A DNA stretch of 55,603 nucleotides, from positions 1 to 55,603 of the forward strand of contig JBAYJH010000001.1 in assembly GCA_041665185.1 (NCBI GenBank), given 5' to 3'. How positions within the stretch are numbered: position 1 is the stretch's first letter; every line of letters starts with the position of its first letter. Source of the stretch: Sterolibacterium sp. GTDB lineage: Bacteria; Pseudomonadota; Gammaproteobacteria; Burkholderiales; Rhodocyclaceae. Both the position numbers and the translations under genes were made by a program. This document shows, in pieces, positions 42,575 to 52,693 of this stretch. A model generated the notes under the pieces. It saw nothing but the letters and a program-made list of their open reading frames with translations, made no database searches and was not told the origin of the DNA.

Positions 42575-44422
42575 TCAGATCACGGTGTCGAATACCGCCT
42601 TCGCCTGGGCGTGACAGAACGGCGGCTCGAATACACCGTGGTAGTTGCCATAATAGGCGGTAAAGGCCGGCTGGGACGGGTCTGTCGGCGCCTTGCCGGC
42701 GGTGCCGAAGGTGGCCTGGACCATGGCATCGACGTCGACCGTGGTGACGTTGGTCAGATGGCGGCTGTCGAAGTCGGCTTTCATCGGAGCCAGATGCATC
42801 GCAGGCGGCACGGTTGGATCGCCGGCCCCGCCGCACAGCATGACTTTCGACTTCGGGCTCCAGCCCAGCAGGTCATTCTTCTTGGCCGCCAAGTATAGAG
42901 GGCTGTTGTCGTTGGTCTGGGTGTCGGCGATGAAGGCCGATTGAAACATGGCATCGCGCGCCTGGGTGGGCGTTTCGCCGGCCGCGCCGGGAACTTTGCC
43001 GGTGGTTACCAGGGTGGTGTAGTTCAGCGTGGGGCTGGGCAACAGGCTTTCCACATAACTCGCGTAGGGCGCTTTGAAGGTTGCATTGACGTCGCTGTAG
43101 ACCGTGCCGTAGACCTTTTGCCATGAGGTGACGATGAAGGGCACGAAGAACTGATACCCGGCGATCACGGCGGTGGACTTGATCGAGGCCGACAAATTGT
43201 ACGGCCCGGCCAGGTGGGCTCCGGCGACCACGTTGATTTCCTTGGCGTTGTCGCGCTCGATGGCGCGATGTGCGGACATCGAGGAGTGCCCGCCCTGCGA
43301 ATAGCCGGCCAGCACCACCTTGCCGGATAGAGATGCGCCGACCGTCTTGGCGGCGTTGCGCGCGGCGCGGATGGAGTCGATCACCGAAGTGGCCTCCGAA
43401 TCGGCGTGCAGGTAGGGATGGTAGGCGTAGGTCGACTTGGCGTAGCCGAGATAGTCCGTGGCGACCACCGCGTAACCCTGGGCGGCATACACGGCGGCAA
43501 GCAGGAAGGTCTCGCCGTCGGTCGGGTTTGCCAGGGTGCGGGGCTTCTGCACGTCGGTTCCCTTGGCATAGGCCAGCAGACCGGCGGCGGCGGTGCAGTT
43601 GCCCGCGGGCACCAGCATGACCCCCGAGGCATTGGCCGGTTCGCCTCTCACCCCGATGGTGTTGTAGTTCAGCGCCACCACCTTCACGTCGCACTTGGCC
43701 TTGCCGCTGATCGGCTGCAGGCCGCTGGCCGCGGTGCCGCCATCTATCTGCGCCGCGGTGAGCGTCGTCACCACGGCAGCCGCCTCGACCAAGGTGCCAC
43801 GATTGGTGACGGCCGCGAAGGATTGCCCCGACACGGCGCCCAGGTTCAAATCGCCGAGTTCCTTGCCGCCCGCCGCGAGTGCAAGTTTCAGGTTGTCGAG
43901 TACCTTGTCGCTGGCATCGCCGACCTTGAACACCCCGGTCAGCAGGTCGCCTGAAGGCGCACTGCCCAGGAGCGTCGTGACTTCGTTCTTCACATAGGCT
44001 TTTGCCGCCGCCAAACCGGCCGCGATAGCCGTGCCTTTACTGGCATCGAAGTTGGCAAATGCCGAATTGGCGTCCGAACCGAGGGCCTTGCTGACAACCA
44101 GATCGGTCAGGGGGGTGATGTTGACGTTTCCCCCATCGGTGGCGAAACTGTGCAGGATCACCGTACCGCTGCTGGCCTCCAGAATGCATGGGAGGGATTG
44201 CATGCCGTTGAGTCCGAGCGAAAAGCTGCCGTCGGCGGCGGTCTTGCTGGTCACCGCCGCGCCGCTGATGCATTTCGCGGTCACGGTGGCGTTGGCCAAG
44301 GCGCCGCCGGTGGCGGCCAGGCCGTTGATGATCGGGTACACCGGATTATCCCCGCCGCCGAGGCAGCCCGCCAGAACTGCCGTTGCGACCGATGCAGCCA
44401 GTAAGCTCTTGATTGTCGTCAT
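42575..44422 (-). CDS. Secreted lipoprotein with C-terminal alpha/beta-hydrolase (secretory lipase-like) domain
   Basis: 615 aa from ATG 44422 after AAGGAGA. Lipobox LAGC. Nucleophile elbow GYSQGG. Confidence 0.7.
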   Translation of the reverse strand: MTTIKSLLAASVATAVLAGCLGGGDNPVYPIINGLAATGGALANATVTAKCISGAAVTSKTAADGSFSLGLNGMQSLPCILEASSGTVILHSFATDGGNVNITPLTDLVVSKALGSDANSAFANFDASKGTAIAAGLAAAKAYVKNEVTTLLGSAPSGDLLTGVFKVGDASDKVLDNLKLALAAGGKELGDLNLGAVSGQSFAAVTNRGTLVEAAAVVTTLTAAQIDGGTAASGLQPISGKAKCDVKVVALNYNTIGVRGEPANASGVMLVPAGNCTAAAGLLAYAKGTDVQKPRTLANPTDGETFLLAAVYAAQGYAVVATDYLGYAKSTYAYHPYLHADSEATSVIDSIRAARNAAKTVGASLSGKVVLAGYSQGGHSSMSAHRAIERDNAKEINVVAGAHLAGPYNLSASIKSTAVIAGYQFFVPFIVTSWQKVYGTVYSDVNATFKAPYASYVESLLPSPTLNYTTLVTTGKVPGAAGETPTQARDAMFQSAFIADTQTNDNSPLYLAAKKNDLLGWSPKSKVMLCGGAGDPTVPPAMHLAPMKADFDSRHLTNVTTVDVDAMVQATFGTAGKAPTDPSQPAFTAYYGNYHGVFEPPFCHAQAKAVFDTVI

Positions 44423-44590
44423 CCCTCTCTCCTTGCCAGTGGTTGTTTTATGTATAAAGCATGCGGGCGCTAGATTGAGCCATCGGGAAACGAAAGTCAA
44501 TCTCCAGACGTTGCGGTGCGCCGGTGGGAGCGATGCGGTTGCTTACAGCCGCCATCAAAACAAAATGCGCAATGTGGAATGACAATGCGC

Positions 44591-47215
44591 CTATTTTTTT
44601 GCCGCGCGCTTCTTGGTGGCGGCCTTCGTCGCCACGCTGGTCTTCGGGGCGGCCGGTTTTTTCGCCTTGGCGGCAACGACCTTTGCCGGTTTTGCAGCCG
44701 GCACGGCTGGTGCGGCTTTCTCCGCTTTGGCGACTGCCCCCGCCTTCGCCACCTTGGGCGCGCGCGGTTCGAACTCGAAACCGACCTTGCCGTCACCGCC
44801 GCGCACCAGATAGGCGGAAAACTTGCGCTTGGTGCGCGAGGAGATGAATTCCTTCAACAGGTCGGTCCTGCCGGTGGCCAGCAATTTCTGCATCTGCGCC
44901 CGCTCGACCGGTTGTTGCAGGATGATCTTGCCGGAGCGGAAATCGCAGGCCTTGGCCGGGCCGACCGATTTCTCGCAGACATAGGCCATGCCGTGTTCGA
45001 AGATGCCGGCGCCGCACTTGGGACAGGGGCCGAGAGATTCCTGGCCGCTGAAATCGACTTCCTCATCGGCACCTTCGCTGCTCTGGCCGAAGTCGAACTC
45101 GGGTTGCAGATCGGCGTTGAGCTTGATGATCGCCGCGAAGGGCCGCCCCATCTTGCTGCGAAAGCCCTGCAAGGGACCGACGACGCGCTTCTCCAGCAAT
45201 TCCTCGACTTCCTCCGGCTCATACTGGCGGCTGGCGACGACTTTCCACAAGGAGAATTCGCAGGACTTGCACTGGAACTTCTTGTAGTTTTCCTGGATCA
45301 CCCCGCCGCACTTGGGGCAGGGCTGCTTCAGGGTGCTGAACGCCTCGTCGGGAATCTCGCCGTGTTTGATGCGCTCGACCATTTCCTGGGTCTGGGTGAC
45401 GATATGGTCCATGAACGCATTGCGCGCCAGCGCTCCATGCTCCATCTCGCGCAGTTGGTACTCCCAGTTGCCGGTGAGCTCCGGCGAACGCAATTCATCG
45501 ACGCCGAGCTTGGAAAGCGCGAACAGCAGCGAGAAGGCCTTCGCCGTCGGCTGTAGTTCGCGGCCGTTGCGATGGACGTACTCCTCGTAAATCAGGCCTT
45601 CGATGGTGGCGGCGCGCGTCGCTGGAGTGCCCAGGCCGCGCGCCGCCATGGCCTCGCGCAACTCCTCGTCCTCGACCAGCTTGCCGGCGCCTTCCATGGC
45701 GGAGAGCAGCGTGGCTTCGTTGAAGCGCGGCGGCGGCTTGGTCTGGTTCGGCTTGACCTCGACATCGTTGGCCCAGACCCGTTCGTTCTTTTCCACCGCC
45801 ACCAGTTGCGCGCCGCCGCCTTCCCCATCGCCGTCGCCGAGCGCTTCCTTGCCATACACCGCCAGCCAGCCCGCCGACACCAGCACCTTGCCTTCGGTCT
45901 TGAATGGCTCGTTTTCGACGCGGGTGATGCGGGTGGTGACGTTGTATTCGGCGGCCGGATAGAAGATCGCCAGGAAGCGCTTGGTGACCAGGTCGTAGAG
46001 CTTCTGTTCGGGTTCCGACAAGTGCTTCGGCGCCTGCGCCGTCGGGATGATGGCGAAGTGGTCGGTGATCTTGGCGTTGTTGAAGATGCGTTTGTTGGGA
46101 TGCACCCAGCCGTTCTTGAGGATCAGCCCGGCGTGTATCGCGTACTGGGTTTCGCCCAGGACTTGCAGCGTCTCCTTGACGTTGGCGATGTAGTCTTCCG
46201 GCAGGCAGCGCGAATCGGTCCGCGGATAGGTCAGCACCTTGTGCTTTTCGTAGAGTGCCTGGGCCAGCCCCAGCGTCGATTTGGCCGAGAAGCCGAAGCG
46301 CCCGTTGGCTTCGCGCTGGAGCGAGGTCAGGTCGAAGAGCTGGGGAGGCAGCTGCGTCGTCGGCTTGCTTTCCTCCGTGACGCTGCCCGGTTTGCCCAGG
46401 CATTTCTGGCGTAGCGCTTCGGCCCTGGCGACTTCCCACAGGCGTTCGGCGCGCGCATGTTCGTCGCTTTCGGCGCCGCTCGGCTTCTTGAATTTCTCAT
46501 CGAACCAGCGGCCGCGATAGGTGCCGGCGACCGCACCGAATTCGGCTTCCAGCTCCCAATAATCGCGCGAAACGAACTTGCGTATCCTTTCCTCACGCTC
46601 CACCAGCACCGCCAACGTCGGGGTTTGCACGCGGCCGACGGGGGTCTTGTGGAAGCCGCCGCTCTTCGAGTTGAAGGCGGTCATGGCGCGCGTGCCGTTG
46701 ATGCCGATCAGCCAGTCCGCCTCGGAACGGCAGCGCGCGGCATCCGCCAGCGGCCGCATTTCCTCGTCCGAACGCAGATGCGCGAAACCGTCGCGGATCG
46801 CACCCTGGGTCATCGATTGCAGCCACAGGCGGCGGATCGGCTTGTCGGTCTTGGCGTGTTGCGCCACGTAGCGGAAAATCAATTCGCCCTCGCGCCCGGC
46901 GTCGCAGGCATTGACCAGGCCGCTGACATCCTTGCGCTTGATCAGCCGCGTCAGCAGTTTCAGCCGTTCCGCGGTCTTGTCGATCGGGTTCAGGGCGAAA
47001 TGCGGCGGAATCACCGGCAGGTGGGCGAACGACCATTTGCCGCGCTTGACCTCGTATTCCTCGGGCACCGTCAGTTCCAGCAGGTGGCCGATGGCCGAGG
47101 AGAGGACGTAATCGTCGCTCTCGAAGTAATCACCCTGCTTGTTGAAACCGCCGAGCGCCCGGGCGATGTCCTGGGCGACCGAGGGTTTTTCGGCGATGAT
47201 CAGTTGTTTACTCAT
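44591..47215 (-). CDS. Type IA DNA topoisomerase (topoisomerase III-like N-terminus) with zinc ribbons and a Lys/Ala-rich tail
   Basis: 874 aa with a TOPRIM N-terminus LIIAEKPSVAQDIARAL. Two CxxC...CxxC ribbons (CPKCGGVIQ...CKSC; CPKCGAGIF). The last 55 residues or so are K/A/P-rich. It occupies the topA position after dprA-smg. Confidence 0.88.
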   Translation of the reverse strand: MSKQLIIAEKPSVAQDIARALGGFNKQGDYFESDDYVLSSAIGHLLELTVPEEYEVKRGKWSFAHLPVIPPHFALNPIDKTAERLKLLTRLIKRKDVSGLVNACDAGREGELIFRYVAQHAKTDKPIRRLWLQSMTQGAIRDGFAHLRSDEEMRPLADAARCRSEADWLIGINGTRAMTAFNSKSGGFHKTPVGRVQTPTLAVLVEREERIRKFVSRDYWELEAEFGAVAGTYRGRWFDEKFKKPSGAESDEHARAERLWEVARAEALRQKCLGKPGSVTEESKPTTQLPPQLFDLTSLQREANGRFGFSAKSTLGLAQALYEKHKVLTYPRTDSRCLPEDYIANVKETLQVLGETQYAIHAGLILKNGWVHPNKRIFNNAKITDHFAIIPTAQAPKHLSEPEQKLYDLVTKRFLAIFYPAAEYNVTTRITRVENEPFKTEGKVLVSAGWLAVYGKEALGDGDGEGGGAQLVAVEKNERVWANDVEVKPNQTKPPPRFNEATLLSAMEGAGKLVEDEELREAMAARGLGTPATRAATIEGLIYEEYVHRNGRELQPTAKAFSLLFALSKLGVDELRSPELTGNWEYQLREMEHGALARNAFMDHIVTQTQEMVERIKHGEIPDEAFSTLKQPCPKCGGVIQENYKKFQCKSCEFSLWKVVASRQYEPEEVEELLEKRVVGPLQGFRSKMGRPFAAIIKLNADLQPEFDFGQSSEGADEEVDFSGQESLGPCPKCGAGIFEHGMAYVCEKSVGPAKACDFRSGKIILQQPVERAQMQKLLATGRTDLLKEFISSRTKRKFSAYLVRGGDGKVGFEFEPRAPKVAKAGAVAKAEKAAPAVPAAKPAKVVAAKAKKPAAPKTSVATKAATKKRAAKK

Positions 47216-47309
47216 TGACGGCTGTGGGGCAGGCGAAGCGCCGCATGATAAGCGCGTGGGGTGGCCGCTGGCAAGCTGTGATTATTTTCTTCAGTGACGA
47301 ATTAGGCAC

Positions 47310-47780
47310 TTAATGCACGAAAGGCAATTCTTCGCCCGCCGTCAGCAGCTCTTCCATCAATAGCGTGTCGAGCGAACGATGCCGCCGCCACAACACCATC
47401 AGCACGATGATCTTCAGTTTGTCCAGGGAGACCACGGACTCCCTCAGCACCATGGCGCGTTCGATGATCATCTCGCGCAGGACGGTGTCGATGGCCTCGG
47501 CGCTTTCCAGGAAACACAGGAAACCGCGGCATTCGGTCGGCAGCTTGGCGAGTTCGGCCGCGCAATAGAGCCGCACCGAGCTGGATGCGGAGTTGAGCCG
47601 ATGGTGATTGGGATGATCTTCGTCGGCCAGGGATTCCAGTCCGGCGAGCCATTCCAGCGCTGCCGAGATATCGTCCTGCTCGAAGCCGATCGCGGAAAGC
47701 TTGCGGGCAAGCACCGAAGATTCCGGGCAGGCGCCAGGCTGAGCATAGGTTTCAAAGAGGTAGACCAGGATATCGAACAT
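47310..47780 (-). CDS. smg: Smg protein (DUF494)
   Basis: 156 aa starting MFDILVYLFETY. Conserved dprA-smg-topoisomerase order. Confidence 0.88.
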   Translation of the reverse strand: MFDILVYLFETYAQPGACPESSVLARKLSAIGFEQDDISAALEWLAGLESLADEDHPNHHRLNSASSSVRLYCAAELAKLPTECRGFLCFLESAEAIDTVLREMIIERAMVLRESVVSLDKLKIIVLMVLWRRHRSLDTLLMEELLTAGEELPFVH

Positions 47781-47834
47781 GGTGTTGTCTAAGATTAGTG
47801 GGCACGACTTTGGAGAATTTGGTGCGATTATGCT

Positions 47835-49019
47835 TTATATACGTTGTACGCGCTGATAGCGACCCCCCGGCAAGCTCGCGACATGTCCATCGAGTTCAAG
47901 TTCTAACAGCATGGCAAGAAGCGCCGCGGGCGTCAAGCCGGAACGCGCCGCAAGGGTGTCGATATCGCAGGGATCGGGCCCCAGCAACGTCAGTAAGGTG
48001 ACTCCCTCGGCGTCGATTGCCGGGCCGTTGAGGCCGGCGTCTGGATCGGCGACCGCCGCGTGCCAGCCTATTTCTTCGAGGATATCCTGCGCCGATTCGA
48101 CCAGTTTGGCCCCTTGCTTGATGAGTTGGTGGCAACCCTTGGCGAGTGGCGAATGGATGGAGCCGGGTATGGCGAAAACGTCGCGCCCGGCTTCGGCGGC
48201 CAGCCGCGCGGTAATCAGAGAACCGCTACGGGCTGCCGCCTCGACCACCAGGCAGCCTTTGGCGAGGCCGGCGATGAGGCGATTGCGGCGCGGAAAATTG
48301 GCGGCGAGGGCCGGGGTATTCAGCGGAAATTCGCTGACGATGGCGCCGTGGCTGGCGATGCTGCGCGCCAGTTCGCGGTTGCGGGCCGGATAGATACGGT
48401 CGGCGCCGGTGCCGATGACGGCGACGGTCGAACCGCTATGCGCCCCGGTTGCGCTCAAGGCGCCGCGGTGTGCCGCCGCATCGATGCCCAGCGCCAAGCC
48501 ACTGACGACGGTCAGTCCGACGCCGGACAGCGACGCCGCAAAGGCTTCGGCATTGGCGATGCCCTGGGGCGTGGCATTGCGGCTGCCGACGATGGCCATG
48601 GCCGGGCGGTTGAGCAGGTCGACGCGGCCTTTCACATACAGCAGCACTGGCGGGTCGGCGCTGGTCAGCAGGGCTTGGGGATAGGCGCTGTCGGCGAGGG
48701 TGACGACAGCATTGCCGGGTTCGGCGGCCCAGGCGAGGGTGGCGTCGATTTCCGCGGCAATGGCCGCGTCCGTCAGCAGCAGGCGCTCCGCCAGCGGCGG
48801 GTCGATCACGCCGCGCAGGGCAACCAGGCCGGCACCGAAAATCGCCGCGGGCAAACCGAAGGTTCGTAACAGCCGGCGCCGGGTTTCGCCGCCGATGCCG
48901 GGGATCAGCGTCAGTCGGATCCAGGACGCCAGGCCCGCATCGGCGTTATCCACGGGCAGGCGATTTGACTGCTCAGGGAGCGGCGACGACGTCGCCGATC
49001 TCGACCGTGCGGGTGACAT
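47835..49019 (-). CDS. dprA: DNA processing protein DprA (Smf)
   Basis: DprA core (AIVGSRNATPQG, SGLALGIDAAAHRGAL). The ATG at 49019 overlaps the upstream LysM gene by 47 nt, so the start is uncertain. An in-frame GTG lies at 48953. Confidence 0.85.
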   Translation of the reverse strand: MSPARSRSATSSPLPEQSNRLPVDNADAGLASWIRLTLIPGIGGETRRRLLRTFGLPAAIFGAGLVALRGVIDPPLAERLLLTDAAIAAEIDATLAWAAEPGNAVVTLADSAYPQALLTSADPPVLLYVKGRVDLLNRPAMAIVGSRNATPQGIANAEAFAASLSGVGLTVVSGLALGIDAAAHRGALSATGAHSGSTVAVIGTGADRIYPARNRELARSIASHGAIVSEFPLNTPALAANFPRRNRLIAGLAKGCLVVEAAARSGSLITARLAAEAGRDVFAIPGSIHSPLAKGCHQLIKQGAKLVESAQDILEEIGWHAAVADPDAGLNGPAIDAEGVTLLTLLGPDPCDIDTLAARSGLTPAALLAMLLELELDGHVASLPGGRYQRVQRI

Positions 49020-50061
49020 TCATCACCAGTGCATAGGAAATCCGCTCGAAAACCCGGAATACGAACAATAGCCCATAGCGTTCGTCCGGTAGTCGATAGA
49101 TGGCCTTCTTGCCCTGGTAGCGGTCGCTGACTTCCGCGCCGGCGCGCGACACGGAAAGTACATGGCCGACTTCCAGGCCGTCGCGTTTGCCGCGCGACAA
49201 GGTCACGATCGAGTCGCGCCCGGCCTGGCCGACCCCGCCGTAGACGGAGACGATGCGACCCTTGAAGGCCTTGTCCGGTGCGTGCGGCACATAGCTGATG
49301 ACATCGAGACGCGGCGCCGGCAGCAGGTGATCGCCGCGACCGATCTCGCGGCGCGAGGTGAGGATTTCGAAAGTCGTCGGCTCACCTTCGCGGACGACAC
49401 TGGCGCTGCCCAGGTAGAACGCTTCGTAGCCCAGCGTTTCCTTGGTCTCCGGATCGATCAGGGCCTTGCCCGGGCGGTAGATCTGCCACAGTTTGGCCTG
49501 GTCTTTCACGCCAGTGACGTAGGCCAGGTCGCCTTTGCCGATATACACCCGGTCTTCCTGGGTGGCGACGATACGTGGCGTGCTGTCGAGCTGGCCGGAT
49601 TCCACCACCAGCGGTTCGCTCAGGAACGGTTCGATCGCCTGCTGCGGAATGCTGGGAATCTCCCGCTTGTTGCTGTCGCTGTAGACCTGCGGTCCGGCCT
49701 TGACCGTGGCCGCGGTGGCCGCGGTGGCGATGGCGTCGGCGATCTTGAGTTGCGGCTGATCGCCTTTCCTGTCGAGAATCACCACCTGGCCGGGGTAGAT
49801 GCGTTGCGGGTTGCGGATCTGTTCCTGGTTGAGGCGCCAGATTTCGGGCCAGCGGTAGGGTTGTTTGAGGAATTTCGAGGCGATGCCCCAGAGCGTATCG
49901 CCGGGGAGCACGATGTGACGGTCGGGGGCGCCGTCGGCCAACTCAGGGGCGCTACCCGCGGCTTGAGTGGGCGCCGTCTGCGCTTGGGCGGGAAGAATCG
50001 GCAGGCCCAGCATCAGGCTTGAAGAAGTCAGCAGCAGCACGGATATAATGCGAGTATTCAT
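48973..50061 (-). CDS. LysM domain peptidoglycan-binding protein
   Basis: 362 aa from ATG 50061. Signal peptide ending PAQAQ and a LysM motif (HIVLPGDTLWGIASKFL). Confidence 0.8.
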   Translation of the reverse strand: MNTRIISVLLLTSSSLMLGLPILPAQAQTAPTQAAGSAPELADGAPDRHIVLPGDTLWGIASKFLKQPYRWPEIWRLNQEQIRNPQRIYPGQVVILDRKGDQPQLKIADAIATAATAATVKAGPQVYSDSNKREIPSIPQQAIEPFLSEPLVVESGQLDSTPRIVATQEDRVYIGKGDLAYVTGVKDQAKLWQIYRPGKALIDPETKETLGYEAFYLGSASVVREGEPTTFEILTSRREIGRGDHLLPAPRLDVISYVPHAPDKAFKGRIVSVYGGVGQAGRDSIVTLSRGKRDGLEVGHVLSVSRAGAEVSDRYQGKKAIYRLPDERYGLLFVFRVFERISYALVMNVTRTVEIGDVVAAP

Positions 50062-50256
50062 GGTCGTCGTGGCACCTTGCCGGTCATGCATTCGATGCTC
50101 CAGCGAGCCGCACCCGTGGTTACCAGTTCCCGAGTGGACTACCGGAAGCAGTTTGCCTGAGATTTTGCATGTAATGATTTAATTCAGCAACCATTTCGCC
50201 GACATTTCCAGAGAATTCACAGCCCGCGGCGCGAATAATTTCTACTACGGACCAAC

Positions 50257-50769
50257 ATGGCGCAACTTCCCATCATCTGTTATCCCGATCCGCGCCTGCA
50301 TACCAGGGCGGCCAGGATCGAGCGCGTGGACGCATCGATACGCCAGCTTGCGGCCGACATGGCCGAAACCATGTATGCGGCGCCCGGCGTCGGTCTGGCG
50401 GCGACCCAGGTTGACCGGCACATTCAGCTCATCGTCATCGATGTCTCCGAGGACAAAACCAGGCTACAGACCTTCATCAACCCTGAAATTCTGGCGCGGG
50501 AAGGCGAATGCGAGGGCGAAGAGGGTTGCCTGTCGGTGCCGGGCGTTTATGAAACCGTCACCCGCAGCGCCTGGGTGCGCGTGCGCGCCCTCGGCCTGGA
50601 CGGCGAGCCTTTCGAACTGGAAGCCGACGACCTGCTGGCGGTGTGTATTCAGCACGAAATGGATCACCTGCAAGGCAAGGTGTTCGTCGAGTATCTGTCG
50701 CGCCTCAAGCAGTCACGGATCAAGAACAAGCTCTCCAAACTCACCAAGCACGCCCGGGTTACGGCTTGA
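50257..50769 (+). CDS. def: Peptide deformylase
   Basis: 170 aa with motifs [13 protein letters not shown] and QHEMDH. Confidence 0.95.
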   Translation: MAQLPIICYPDPRLHTRAARIERVDASIRQLAADMAETMYAAPGVGLAATQVDRHIQLIVIDVSEDKTRLQTFINPEILAREGECEGEEGCLSVPGVYETVTRSAWVRVRALGLDGEPFELEADDLLAVCIQHEMDHLQGKVFVEYLSRLKQSRIKNKLSKLTKHARVTA

Positions 50770-51692
50770 TGAGGCTGATATTTGCCGGCACGCCGGAATT
50801 CGCCGCGTTGGCATTGCAGGCCCTGCTGGCGGCCGGGCATGAGGTGCCCCTGGTGCTCACCCAGCCGGACCGTCCTGCCGGCCGTGGCATGCAGCTGCTG
50901 CCCAGTGCCGTCAAGCGCTGCGCCCAGGAGCACGGACTGACGGTGTACCAGCCGGAACGCCTGAAAGATCCGGCCACTCATGAGCCACTACGCAACGTCG
51001 CTGCCGACCTGATGGTGGTCGCGGCCTACGGCCTGATCCTGCCGCAAGCGGTGCTCGACCTGCCGCGCCTGGGCTGCCTCAACATCCACGCTTCGCTGCT
51101 GCCCCGCTGGCGCGGCGCGGCCCCCATCCAGCGCGCCATCGCGGCGGGCGATGAGGAAACCGGCATTACCATCATGCGCATGGATGCCGGTCTCGACACC
51201 GGCGCCATGCTGCTGAAACGAGCACTGCCGATCGGCAGCAACGACACCTCGGCTACATTGCACGACAAGCTGGCTTTGCTCGGGGCCGAACTGATCGTTG
51301 AGGTGCTGGCCAAACTCGACACCTTGCAACCAATTTCCCAGCCGAGCGAGGGCGTTACCTACGCCGACAAGGTTGCCAAGAACGAAGCGCCGATCGACTG
51401 GCGGCGATCGGCGCCAGAACTGGAGCGCCAGGTGCGGGCCTGCAACCCGTTTCCAGTCGCCGCGGCCGTCTTCAATGCGGTGCCGCTGAAGATCTGGAGT
51501 GCTGCGCCTTCGTCCGCCTCAGGGACGCCGGGGACGGTGCTGGAGGTGGACCACCAGGGAATTCTGGTCGCCTGCGGCAGCGGGGCGCTGCGCCTCACCG
51601 AGTTGCAGAAGCCCGGCGGCAAGCGCTTGCCGGTCGGCGACTTTCTGCATGGGTTCCCGGTGGCCGTCGGCGCATCCTTCGACGTCGATTGA
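50769..51692 (+). CDS. fmt: Methionyl-tRNA formyltransferase
   Basis: 307 aa starting [12 protein letters not shown], with [15 protein letters not shown]. The start overlaps the def stop by 1 nt. Confidence 0.93.
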   Translation: MRLIFAGTPEFAALALQALLAAGHEVPLVLTQPDRPAGRGMQLLPSAVKRCAQEHGLTVYQPERLKDPATHEPLRNVAADLMVVAAYGLILPQAVLDLPRLGCLNIHASLLPRWRGAAPIQRAIAAGDEETGITIMRMDAGLDTGAMLLKRALPIGSNDTSATLHDKLALLGAELIVEVLAKLDTLQPISQPSEGVTYADKVAKNEAPIDWRRSAPELERQVRACNPFPVAAAVFNAVPLKIWSAAPSSASGTPGTVLEVDHQGILVACGSGALRLTELQKPGGKRLPVGDFLHGFPVAVGASFDVD

Positions 51693-51748
51693 ATTTTCCG
51701 GCATGCACCCCATCTAATCGCACTCATACGTAGCGAGGGAGAAACCCC

Positions 51749-52591
51749 ATGTTCGGCAACTGGCTCAAGACAGCGGTCCTGATGGCCGCCATCGTCGCCT
51801 TGTTCGGCGCGATCGGCGGTATGCTCGGCGGTGCCAATGGCATGCTGATGGCGCTGCTGTTCGGCGGGGCCATGAATTTCTTCGCCTACTGGTTCTCCGA
51901 CGCCATGGTGCTGAAGATGTACAACGCCCAGGAGGTGGACGAGGCCTCCTCGCCCTATCTCTACAACATGGTCAAGGAGCTGGCCGGACGCGCCGGCCTG
52001 CCGATGCCGCGCGTCTACATCATCGACGAAGCGCAGCCGAACGCCTTTGCCACCGGCCGCAATCCCGAGCACGCCGCGGTCGCCGCCACCAGCGGTATCC
52101 TGCGGATGCTGTCGGCGCGCGAGTTGCGCGGCGTCATGGCGCATGAGCTGACGCACGTCCAGCACCGCGACATCCTCATCTCGACCATCTCCGCCACCAT
52201 GGCCGGCGCCATCTCGGCACTGGCCAACTTCGCCATGTTCTTCGGCGGTCGCGGCGAGAACGGCCGGGCTGGCAATCCGCTGGCGGGAATACTGGTGATG
52301 ATCCTCGCGCCGCTCGCCGCGGCGTTGATCCAGATGGCCATCTCGCGCGCCCGCGAGTTCGAGGCAGATCGCGGCGGCGCCGAGATCAGCGGCGATCCGC
52401 GCGCCCTCGCCGATGCGCTGACCAAGATCGATGCCTATGCCCGGGGCATTCCCATGGCGTCGGCCGAAGCGCATCCCGAGACGGCCCAGATGATGATCAT
52501 GAATCCGCTGTCCGGCGGCGGTATCGCCGGCCTGTTCTCCACCCACCCGTCGACCGAGGAACGCGTCGCCCGCCTGCGGGCAATGGCCTGA
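51749..52591 (+). CDS. htpX: Membrane zinc metalloprotease HtpX
   Basis: 280 aa with TM helices and the HELTH zinc motif ([12 protein letters not shown]). Confidence 0.92.
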   Translation: MFGNWLKTAVLMAAIVALFGAIGGMLGGANGMLMALLFGGAMNFFAYWFSDAMVLKMYNAQEVDEASSPYLYNMVKELAGRAGLPMPRVYIIDEAQPNAFATGRNPEHAAVAATSGILRMLSARELRGVMAHELTHVQHRDILISTISATMAGAISALANFAMFFGGRGENGRAGNPLAGILVMILAPLAAALIQMAISRAREFEADRGGAEISGDPRALADALTKIDAYARGIPMASAEAHPETAQMMIMNPLSGGGIAGLFSTHPSTEERVARLRAMA

Positions 52592-52693
52592 CCCCTACGC
52601 CGCCGGCGCGGCGGGACCCGGCTCCAAAGACAGTGGCCCGGCGTGGCGCTGACTATAATCGGCGCTTCGCCATTGTTTTCGCGGTAAGCGGCC

